In this document: positions 53,043 to 64,000 of the stretch, piece by piece
Layout of the letters: each line of letters opens with the position of its first letter
Numbering within the stretch: position 1 is the stretch's first letter
Origin: Octopus vulgaris
Lineage: Eukaryota
NCBI GenBank assembly: GCA_951406725.2
Contig: OX597825.1
Coordinates: 63,922,001 to 63,986,000, forward strand
DNA length: 64,000 nucleotides
Reading direction: 5' to 3'
Notes under the pieces: model-generated
Seen by the model: the letters and a program-made list of their open reading frames with translations, nothing else
Told to the model about the DNA's origin: nothing
Database searches by the model: none
Translations under genes and position numbers: made by a program

Positions 53043-53062
53043 ACATATATACACACAGACAT
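52975..53062. repeat. (CT)n microsatellite
   Basis: Directly visible. Confidence 0.95.
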
Positions 53063-53231
53063 ATAAATCTGCAGTGTGCATTGTTATATTCATATAAAAT
53101 TATAAATAAATACATATTCAAATTGGGATGTATTGATACATTTACTCACACATGCACATAAATTTGTAATATATATATTTACATATATATATATACATAC
53201 ATAAATATATACATATATATACATATATATA

Positions 53232-53448
53232 TACTCTTTTACTCTTTACTCTTTTACTTGTTTCAGTCATTTGACTGCGGCCATGCTGGAGCACCGCCTT
53301 TAGTCGAGCAAATCGACCCTGGGACTTATTCTTTGTAAGCCCAGTACTTATTCTATTGGTCTCTTTTGCCTAACCGCTAAGTGACGGGGATGCAAACACA
53401 CTAGCATCGGTAGTCAAGCAATGCTAGGGGGACAAACACAGACACACA

Positions 53449-53486
<38 letters not shown>

Positions 53487-53620
53487 CGACAGGCTTCTTT
53501 CAGTTTCCATCTACCAAATCCACTCACAAGGCATTGGTCGGCTCGGGGCTATAGCAGAAGACACTTGCCCAAGATGCCACGCAGTGGGACTGAACCCGGA
53601 ACCACACAGCCACTCCTTCG
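53232..53620 (-). mobile_element. SINE family C, near full length
   Basis: (TCTTTTAC)n tail, well-preserved 3' module, internal (TA)n, head with a short deletion. Confidence 0.93.
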
Positions 53621-53621
53621 C

Positions 53622-53669
<48 letters not shown>

Positions 53670-53828
53670 ACCTTAGAATTCATAAAATCCATTTATCTTT
53701 AAATGATATATAAAATTCTTAATCTTATATTTTTAGTTTTATATACTTAACGCAACTAAAATTTATTTTGGGTTTTTGTGTGTGTGTATGTGTGGATATA
53801 TTTTGATGTGAATATTGCTTTATAAAAA

Positions 53829-54040
53829 CGGCAGCGAGATGAGAGAATGATCAGCACACAGGGCTAAATTCTCAGCCGCATTTTGTCCGTCTTTACTTTC
53901 TAAGTCGAAATTCCGCCGATATTGACTTCACCTTCCATCAATTCGGTGTGGTTAAAATAAGTACCAGTTGAGGACTGGGGTTGTTGTAATCGGCTTACCA
54001 CTTCCCTAAAATTGTAAGTGCTGTGCCAAAATTTTAAAAC
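53829..54040 (+). mobile_element. SINE family D, near full length
   Basis: GGCAGCGAG head, AAATTCCGCCGA, CCTTCCATC, AAAATAAGTACCAGTTGAG.ACTGGGG, GTGCCAAAATTT end. Confidence 0.78.
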
Positions 54041-54501
54041 GCTGTTACCTTATACATTCTAAAAAAGTTCATTTTGAGAAGATGGGAGACCGTTGCCCTT
54101 TTCCTAAAATAAACACGATAATCCAGTCCAATTTTTCAGATATATCTTAATCTAATTCGCCGGGAGATCTGCTGTAATTTCGGAATGAAACATCGACTGA
54201 ACGTACACACATAAACATATATTTATACATAGAGAGGAACTTACATACACACACACATATCTAATTGTCTACATACATACATACACACATACACTCTCAC
54301 GCACACACACATATATATATATATACACACTCACGCACATGCACATACAATTTTACATGCAATTTTACAACCTAGACGCAAGAATATGTCAATAAGGTGA
54401 ACAAGGGAACTAATTAGTACCAGTATTGCTAGAAATAAGTATAGCCAACAAAAACACTATTTTAATGAGCTAACAAGTAACACAAGTCGTAGGTACAGCT
54501 T

Positions 54502-54558
54502 GATCAAGACGACTTCGCGTTCTGATATTTAATGAATTTTAACGCTCATCAGTGGTTC
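54502..54558 (-). ncRNA. Degenerate hammerhead ribozyme motif with long loop II
   Basis: Minus strand GAACCA-CTGATGA-GCGTT(19 nt)AACGC-GAAG-TC-GTC-TTGATC: intact CUGAUGA, 5-bp stem II, GUC triplet; GAAA->GAAG and two stem I mismatches. Confidence 0.55.
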
Positions 54559-54665
54559 TGTCCTCACCTAGGGTTAAACTCACCTTGCCTTGTTAGCCTA
54601 TAAGATTTTCATTGAGATCTTATGCAGATTTCAAAGAAGGTAAAAGTGAAAATTACAAATAATAT

Positions 54666-54826
54666 AGGTGCAGGATTGGCTGTATGGTAAGACGCTTGCT
54701 TCTTCACAGCCACATGGTTCGGAGTTCAGTCCTACTACGTCACACCTTCGGCAATGTCTTTTACTATAGCCTCAGGCCGACCTGTGAGTGGATTTTGTAG
54801 AAGAAAACTGAAAGAATACCGTCGTG

Positions 54827-54919
<93 letters not shown>

Positions 54920-55128
54920 GTTTGTGTGCTTCTGTTTGTTCCCTCGACATCGCTTCGACATCTAATGTTGCTATGTTTACATTCACATAAGTTAGCATTC
55001 CAGCAAAGATACCGATAGAATAAGTACTAGGCTTACAAAGAATAAGTCCTGGAGTTGATTTGACTAAAATCGGTGCTCTAACAATCCCGCACTTAAATAA
55101 CTCAATGAAGTAACAGAGTAACAGAGAA
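54666..55128 (+). mobile_element. SINE family C, full length with internal (TA)n(GA)n expansion
   Basis: Head GGTGCAGGATTGGCTGTATGGTAAG, 3' module GATAGAATAAGTACTAGGCTTACAAAGAATAAGTCCTGG, tail (GTAACAGA)n. Confidence 0.88.
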
Positions 55129-55628
55129 TATATGTGGCTAAATCGCAATATATGTGACCATAAGTAGCTTGTCTCACTTTTGAGGTCATGGGTACTTTTG
55201 GTAGGGATTATGTTATTTTGACTTGTATTTTCTAGCAAAGCTGGTGTTCATTAATGCCCTTCTTCACTTTAGTGACATATATAGTTTTACTTTGTACAAT
55301 TGTGATTTTGTCATCGATATTATTATAATTTTCATATTTACCGCTTTTGAATTCAACGTATGATCTCAACGGAAATTTTCTAAGCTAAAAAGACGAGATG
55401 AGTTTATCCTTAGGCGCGGTGAGAGCCACTTATGAGTGTTAAAATCCATTTAGCATCAAAACGCGAAATCCTCGATGAGCTGGGTGTATCTCCATCCCTA
55501 GGGAACTTGTCTCCCTTGTCAGAGCATATGTGCTTGTATTGGCTATTGGGTTGTTACGATATGTATTTTTAGCAATATTGGTGCTGAATTGTGCCCTTGT
55601 TTTTGCGTTTAGGTGTTATGTATATATA

Positions 55629-56002
55629 GAGAGAGGTTGGTTCAAAAGTCGCCATACATAGGAACAATTTATCTTACTATAAGAAACAGTTTATAAGAAC
55701 ATTTTGTTTTATTTAATAGGCTCTGTATTGTTACCACTGATTTGAATACACATTGCAATACATTTACCCCAGTCATTGTGAACTCGTAACTGCACATCTG
55801 TTGATACATGTACAAAAGAGTTGGTGTTGTGTTCCTTCAAATGATTTCATTCTTTCATCTTTCTGCGACACACCATGCCTTTCAAATGCCCCGAAAGATA
55901 GAAATCAAGAGGGGTTAGATCAGGGGACTAGGAGATCTTATAAGCTGTTTCTTATAAAAAGATAAATTTTCCCTATGTATGGAGACTTTTGAATCACCTC
56001 TC
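55629..56002 (-). mobile_element. Internally deleted Tc1/mariner-superfamily element with ~70-bp TIRs
   Basis: TIRs 55629-55698 and 55936-56002 (GAGAGGT..TTCAAAAGTC.CCATACATAGG...ATAAGAAACAG.TTATAAGA); TA flanks; encloses a transposase C-terminus. Confidence 0.88.
55709..55927 (-). pseudogene. Transposase C-terminal fragment (maT/rosa-like SPDLTPLDF type)
   Basis: Manual translation SPDLTPLDFYLSGHLKGMVCRRKMKE*NHLKEH...WGKCIAMCIQISGNNTEPIK*. Confidence 0.85.
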
Positions 56003-56013
56003 TATCTCTCTTT

Positions 56014-56052
<39 letters not shown>

Positions 56053-56082
56053 TCTCTCTTTCTTTATATATATATATATATA

Positions 56083-56148
<66 letters not shown>
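56003..56148. repeat. (CA)n/(TA)n microsatellites
   Basis: Directly visible. Confidence 0.95.
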
Positions 56149-57097
56149 TAGATGATTCGTCTCATATTCTCTGACAAATTTCACTCGCGAAATTGTACCG
56201 TAGCTTCGTCAATAGCTATTTCTTCTGAGTTTATGAGCAACGTATGTGAGTTCGTTGAACTGACTTTATTATTATTTTTTTATGCAGTTTCCTTTGAACG
56301 AAAAATTTAACTCCTCAAATCTGAAAGAAATCTATAAATCAGAGTCATAAATATAATATCGCATGTGTAAAACATAAATAACCTTTATTTCCATCATATC
56401 AAGCAATATGCCCCAATATCATTTAAAGTATATGTTTTTGCTTATACTAAGAGGCCTGTTACACAATGGCACTGTTATATGATTTGATGGATGAAAACGA
56501 ATCTGCAATAGAAAGTAATTGCCAATTTTCCTATCGTGGAAACATTAATGTGTGGTAATATATATTTCTGAAAAAAGTATGAATATAACTTAGGTAATAT
56601 TACTGAATGTCCAATATGTTAGAATTCATAAAATATCATATGAAGTAAATCTCCACGTTATAATCACACTAATAACTAATAAATGTTAGGAGACGTGTTC
56701 TTCAAATATCCGATAAAGCAAGATAATATTGATTAGAATGGCAATACATGAATCGTTTCCTTTAAAATATGTTGATCATAGTCTTTTAATCGATCTTATA
56801 TAAGGTACGCTAAAACTGATCGAAAGTTGCGACATTAAAATTTGTGCACATATAAGGTGATGGATTAAATCTGGATTACAATCACCATCTACTCCACGAT
56901 TTAATTTATCGTGGATGTTTAATATCCGATTCACATAATTTGCTATACAATAGAGGATTTCATTGTAAATTTAGAACCTTTGATTTCCCTACGCGCCGTT
57001 TCATACTTCTTCGGATTAAAGATATACACACTTATCAGTTTCTACACAGAATGGTATAAATCTCATTGCTTATTGATTGTCACATCTAGTTGCCTTC

Positions 57098-57148
<51 letters not shown>

Positions 57149-60100
57149 ATGATAGGATTAAATGAAAGTTTGAACAAATGCTTTTGGGGTTGTTTGAATA
57201 CTTTAATATTCATCTCAAATTGCACTTTGCAAATGTAGATAAAGACGCTCAGATGTCAGTCACCGTCATGTCGCCATTTGGATCAATTAATTTGGCAATC
57301 AGAACACAAAATTTAATACAGATGGTATTAGTTTTACAACATGTATTGCAGAAATCGTATTACCAGAAAGAATTAAATTGTATTACGATTCCTAATTAAG
57401 ATTTTGTATTTAGATATTTATGAATATCATTTGGAATGACTCAGCTGCTGTGAATTGGAGTTTTTATCTGTGAATAACTGTGTGAATAACTAATGAAAAA
57501 TGTATTCTTGGAGTCAGCTGCTATATGGTCATATATGAACATGATTGATCAATATTCAGGTGGGCAAATAGAAATTTTATCTGTGTAGGTCATAATGTGA
57601 TACTTCTATAATATAATCAATGAGTGGAGACATATTAGCTACCTTTAGAAAGTCATTGCAGCAAGCAATAATTCTTGCCTATTAAGCAATGCTTTCATTA
57701 CCAGAATGTTCCTTCTCTTAGATATTGTTCCGCTCTTAGTCATTATTTTTTTGCTTTTTTGCATTCCTGCTCACTTGAAAATTGATTTGATGCGCTTAAT
57801 TAATATTCGATTTCACTCATTTAACTTAATTCAAATCATTCTAAATTGCCACGCACACTTTTCAGCGACACCATGCATTTACTTTCAAAATCTATTTCAC
57901 CAAAACTGGATATATGTACTTCATATTAGATTATGCTATATTTTTATATTCCTTAGAAAAAGATTAAACTAAACCAATAGGAAAAAAGAGTGAAAATAAT
58001 GCAATCTGCCATGTAATTCATATCAGGCAGTTGTTGTTGTTAACATAAAACTATGGGAGGTAAATCTATTCAGATCTTGTATGTTATAATTGTCATGTAT
58101 ACCATGTATTTCATCTGAGTTCACTTAAAAATCTCAACACAAAATCGCAGAATATCCATCAACCGTAAATCTTGCATTGCATTCCGTCTCAGATTGAAGA
58201 TATCCAAACAATACCGTTACATAGAAGCGTACGTTCTATTAGATAACTTTACAGAATGTTATAAAAGCTGAATTTTATAAATAATGATTTTGTACACCTT
58301 TATGGCAAGATAATTCTGAAACATTCATTAATATGCAACTCGCAATTAATAGCAGTGGCTTAGACTTAAAAATAATGGACATTTTATATCTCGCCGATGC
58401 AGTCTCCATCTGGAATATTCTAATTATCGTTGTCTTCATTGAATCGGATTGTAAAATTAATGTTTTGAGGTGTGGTTGCATTTTAATTAATCCCAATTCA
58501 ATCCAACTGCAACTGCAATTTTAATAGGAAAGCGAATGTTGTAATATTTAATTCTAGCAAACTATAGCAGGAAAAGTTGGAAGTTTTAGTCTACTGATAT
58601 GATAATTCATTTCTCAGGTTTGTTTGCCAGAGAAAGACTGAAATTTAATAACGCAGGAATTATTTTTCGAGTCGCAGATAATGCAGGAACGATGCAACTA
58701 ATTGTAATTGACAAAAGTAAAGTTAAATGGAATTGTGATTCATTACATTGCAACACTGAATAATCATTCTCTCAAAGCTGTCATAATTTAAATTCCAAAC
58801 TGAATTCATATGCTAATTCAACGGTGGAGATTTAATATCATAAACATTGTCTTCTCTCTGGGTATCCTTAAGTACTGATAAAGTTATTAATTGTGTCATA
58901 ATATACGACATCTCTAGGCTTACTGTAACCTATTTAAACTCATCGCTCTTCAGGTTTGAACCTGCAGAAATCTTTAACGGACAATGATGCTGAGAAATAG
59001 ATAATATTATCGATCACCAAATTATAAAATTTTAAACCAATACAGGAAATCTGATGTTTTATATATCTTTGCTTTAATGATGGCTATCAAATAGTAAATA
59101 TGACTTAAAACTAAAGCTGAGGAAAATAAGTTTACTAGTTTATATTTAGTCTAAAATTAGAAATTTGAAGTGTAAGGTGTTGAATTTTATTTTGCTTTTC
59201 AAAAATATGAACAGTTCAACGAAGAAATCAGACGACATTACTACAACTAATCAATTTTCCTCAAAAGCTCGGTCACCCGGAACTTCCCCATGAATATGTC
59301 CTACCTGTAGCTGGGCTTAGAAAGATTCCCAATGACCTTAATACCAACTTCAAATGGTCTACAAGAAAAATACGATGGTATTAGTCACTACTTCTACTTC
59401 GGTCCCAAGAAATTAAAACAAAATCAGTGTAAATCATAATCTAATGTGGTCAACATATTCATTTAAATCTCCCTGCATTTTATTGTCAATCATTTTATTA
59501 CCATTTTTAGTTTGTGTACGAGGACAGACAGTTAAAAGTGTTAATATCAGAAGCTATTTATATCTTGTTATGGAGTCAACACCAGACTGATAGCATTCCA
59601 CACGGTTATGATATATGGCAATATCTTAGAACAATAAAATAATGGAAAATGAAGCATCTTCCTTGAGTAGGTCGTCTAAAAAGGTTGGAGTGTTGGTATG
59701 TATCCTTATACTTTGCTTCACAATTTGAAATATACAAAGGACAGTAACATTGGCAAGTGAATAACTGAGGATATTTAGCAAACAGTACGTCATGTTATCT
59801 TTCATTTGGTACTATAAAGTATAAAACAATGAGAATAATTGTGAATAATTCTAAGGCTTAATGTTATGCTATAAGAGAATATAACTATCTCAGACTTGTG
59901 GTATTGTAAAATAATAAAAACTACCTGCGTTAACACAACATACAAAAGCCTCGCAATACTTATTTGAATTTATCAAATGATATAGTTTCAGATTCCGTTG
60001 ACAACGAAAGACGTATATTAACTTGTCTTGCTTTCTTACAAAGATATTTTAATTTAAAATTCATAAACATATACCAACCAACAGAAATGATTCTTTTCCT

Positions 60101-60727
60101 TCGATTTCTAATGACTTGATTTTTACTAGCATATGCAAGTTATCTGCCCCTCACAGACTGTCTCTTTACAATTACTTTTCTATTTCGCACAATTTAACCC
60201 GTTAGCATTCAGGTTATTCTGTCAAATTTGATATTTATTTAATTAAATTATTTTATTAAATTGTCAAATATTTTCACAGTTTTTAGGATATTTCCTGTCA
60301 TAAAAGAATAGAGTTTTTTTCCATAAACGTAGACGTCTTTGTATATAAGTAAGTTGAAAGAAGTGCGCCTACATTTTGCTATACTAGTTAGTCAATTTAA
60401 TGTTAATTTTGTTTTTGAAAAAAAAAATGATGAAGGAAAAAGGCAACATCCGGGGGTCACATTGACAGAGCGTGAACTTTATTGTAGTGTGGTAAATGAA
60501 GTAAGAATATATCAAGGTGAAACAGATGTTGGGAGAGGTCGTATTTAGAAAACTCTTTCATTCTGTTTTGAAGCATAAGTTTACCACTTACAGGGTTGCT
60601 GTTCTTGTTTAACTCCAAATCCCCCAATGTTCAGGAAACAAATACTGCAATGGAAACTATTCTACCTTTCTATTTGTTTCGGGAATTTACTGGGATAAAG
60701 CGCAAAAAGAAGGAATTAAAATTTGTA

Positions 60728-60759
60728 TACACACACACACACATATATATATGTACATG

Positions 60760-60831
<72 letters not shown>
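60728..60831. repeat. (CA)n/(TA)n microsatellite
   Basis: Directly visible. Confidence 0.95.
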
Positions 60832-61888
60832 AATTAAATTAGAGATAAAACCACTCTTAGGCAAATAAAACAGTGAAAAACATAAACCAGAACATAGAAA
60901 TAAAATCAATTAATATAATATACACAGTATATGTATTTACTGGTAGAAAAATACAGGTTCTATCTGCCGGTAATTTCCCCGATGGCATACGTATCATGGA
61001 ACTTTCTTATCCACGAAACGCATTCGTAAGTGGGATGGTTGGCGTTTTCTATAATAAAGAATTTTACTTCTTGCTTTACTTTGAAACACACACGAGAAAT
61101 CCATGTCATAAATTTTCTTCGAAATCTGCTTTGTAATCTAGCACATTCTTCGTTTACATGTTAGAGATAGTTAAACTACCGATCAATACATATAATTCAT
61201 AATTGTTTGTATTTTTCTTACATTCTTTGCGACAATGGCAGTAACGAGACGGGAACCGACAACTTTTCGGACAGGAGTCCATCATGTTATCTCATTAGAT
61301 ATCGTACATACTCCAGTATACTGCATGACAATGTTCAGTGAATAGATTTCAACATTTTCAGCATTGAAAGCAAAAACAGAAAAAAGAAATATTAAACGAA
61401 CAGTAAAAAGAGAGTGATTACGTTTCATCTACAGCTCTTTTCAAGCTGAATGTACTTTCTCTTTTTTTCTCTTTAATTGAACAGCTAATCTTTTGTGACG
61501 ATAAAATACTCTATTATATCCATCCGTTGTTCCATTATAAGCTGCTCGGTTGCAATTTTATTGACACTCCCACTGAAGTACCACAGCCTGTGGAATTTAT
61601 TGAGGAAGGTGTTGGGGGTCGAATATCTTTTGTAATTGCCGTCTATTTGAAATAGATTTGGAACATTCAGTTAACATCCACAAATGACGGATGGCTTGTT
61701 GCACAGCGCCAGATATATTTAAGATATAGAAAAATAAATTCATTAATAGTATTAACGTTTAAATAAAAGGAAGTTATACACATGCCCACTACCTAATCAG
61801 CATGTATTTTCACTGCATATATACATGCTTATATACAGATATAGGAACACTCACACACGCACACGCATACATACATATATATATGTAT

Positions 61889-62050
61889 AGGCGCAGGAGT
61901 GGCTGTGTAGTAAGTAGATTGCTTACTAACCAAATGGCTCCGTGTTCAGTCCCACTACGTGGCATCTTCGGCAAGTGTCTTCCACTATAATCTCGGGGCG
62001 ACCTAGCCATGTGAGGGGATTTAGTAGACGTAAACTGAAAGAAGCCCACC

Positions 62051-62090
<40 letters not shown>

Positions 62091-62276
62091 ATATATATAT
62101 ATATATATAAACAACCGATGGTGGTATTTTCACGTCCCCGTAACTTAGCGGTTCAGCCAGAGGGACCGATAGAATATGTACAAGGCTTACAAAAGAGAAG
62201 TCCTGGGGCTGACTTGTTCGATTAAAGGCGGTGCTCCAACATGATCGCAGTCAAATGACGGAAACAGGTAAAAGGA
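61889..62276 (+). mobile_element. SINE family C, full length
   Basis: AGGCGCAGGAGTGGCTGTGTAGTAAG head, internal (TA)n, GGCGGTGCTCCAACATGATCGCAGTCAAATGACGGAAACAGGTAAAAG tail. Confidence 0.92.
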
Positions 62277-62651
62277 TATATGTAAGTATTTGTACATGCA
62301 TATATACATCTTATATGTATATATGTATGTATATATGTATATATGTATGTATTATGTATGTATGTATGTATGTATGTATGTATATAGATATACTGCGTGT
62401 CTGTGTGTGCATGGTTATGAATATTATGTTTGTCTGTTCATGCACAACACGCACAATAATTTATGCTTACTAATAAGCAGTCAATATGGAACAGGGCCTT
62501 CAAAATTTCTTTCATGTATTTATTTTTAAACCAATCAACTTCCTCCTTCGCGGCCAACGTTCTTTACTAGTACGCTGTCGCTTATCCCATTGAGTTCTCT
62601 GTGTAGAACACAACACTTAACTTCTCCACCGAAGCAGATGTCGTTCTATAA

Positions 62652-62957
62652 AAACGATAAAAGTCGCCCTTTTCAGGCCAGGCTCATGGGCCAGGATTCC
62701 CGGTTTTTGTGGCGTATGTGTTCCCCCCAGCTGGACGGGGCGCCAGTCGATCGCAGCGTTACTCCAGAAACAGAGAGTGTGAGAGAAAGTTGGGGCAAAA
62801 CAGTACAACAGGGGTCACCACCACCACCCTGCCGGAGCCTCGTGGAGCTTTTAGGTGTTTTCGCTCAATAAACACACACAACGCCCGGTCTGGGAATCGA
62901 AGCCTCGATCCTCCGACCGCGAGTCCGCTGCCCTAACCACTGGGCCATTGCGCCTCC
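62652..62957 (-). mobile_element. tRNA-derived SINE family A with an alternative 3' tail, with TSD
   Basis: ~190 bp closely matches 12125-12320; different tail at 62652-62764; TSD TGTCGTTCTATAA/TGTCGTCCTATAA at 62639-62651 and 62958-62970. Confidence 0.92.
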
Positions 62958-64000
62958 TGTCGTCCTATAAGAGAAGTGTAATAGGCTCACTACATCCTGC
63001 TAATATGTTGCTCAACATACATCTTCGAAATGCTGTTGTACTGTAGTATCAGTAGCCTGATAAAATGCATCTGACCCATGCTGTAAAATGATTATTGATA
63101 TGCACAGAAGCAAGCAGTAAAACCTAATCAAAGAAAAAAATAATGAATGAATGAAGCGAATAGGCATGGATACTACAGGCGCAGCACTGGCAACCAACTA
63201 TAACATGGAATGAAATAAAACTCACAGGGTAGAAATGTATCTCTGGTCCTAGTAATCTCACTGACATCCACTCAGAAGTCAAAACCCATTTAATATAAAA
63301 TACCGAATAAAATGTTTTAACAAAGAAATCCAATATTTAACTGGCACATTGTAATCTTAGTTAACAGTATTCGAAACCTAAACCAATCATATTTATTTCA
63401 ATGTCCCCGTTCGACAATATGGATGTGTACAAACTAGGAAACAATTAAACCTGCTGTATTGCTTGTTAACTGGTCTTACACGCACATTTCTGCAAACATC
63501 AAAATATGACATATATTTCTTACTGACATCCTGCTAGCCATCTGAAAATCTTTGCTAATTCGTACATTCTGTGAATATCTGCGAAAAATGAGCCATAATA
63601 TTCTTAGCCCAACTTTTAAAGTGTGTAAGCTGCGGTTAAGATATTCTCACCAGTGTAAAGCTCCCACTTCACAAGCAATTTCCTTCAATTTCCTTCAATA
63701 AGAGACTACCAATGAATGCTTTGATACTGATCGCATGGTTTTGCATTTTAAGGTGCTAAATTGCGAAAACATCGTTTGTCCAAGTTAATGGGTGATCCTA
63801 ATGGATTCCGGTGTTTCTTCTGTGTGATGCCGATCCAACTTCCTTTCACATTTTTCCTAGCCCCATGACATTGAGCCTGTCGAAATTACAGTAATTAGCT
63901 GATTACAACAAGCATCGAAGACATATCAATGAACAAGCTTGTAAAGGAGACTTTTGCACAGACAACCACATTTGTACGATGTATATCCGTAGCGATGAAG

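Overview
AT-rich eukaryotic (animal) genomic DNA with no recognisable host protein-coding exon, no rRNA or intact tRNA gene, and no prokaryotic features. Almost all ORFs in the supplied track are microsatellite translations. The repeat content resembles Octopus genomes (inference from recalled repeat types, not a search). The window is a dense field of microsatellites ((TA)n, (TATC)n, (CA)n, (GA)n, (GAA)n, (GAT)n, (ATT)n) and transposon relics: four tRNA-derived SINE families (about 27 copies), a full-length but decayed DD34D mariner, two further Tc1/mariner remnants, a complete non-autonomous Helitron plus a RepHel helicase relic, RTE-type, R4/Dong-type and CR1-type LINE 3' fragments, several foldback/MITE-like elements and many Penelope-like terminal-repeat remnants. 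The most notable signals are: (1) about a dozen dispersed, mostly decayed minimal hammerhead-ribozyme motifs in several distinct repeat families; (2) a CR1-like LINE 3' end that carries the same tail as the most abundant SINE, pointing to its partner LINE; (3) modular SINEs with swapped tails, each bounded by its own target-site duplication. I cannot establish from the sequence alone that any of these is previously undescribed.
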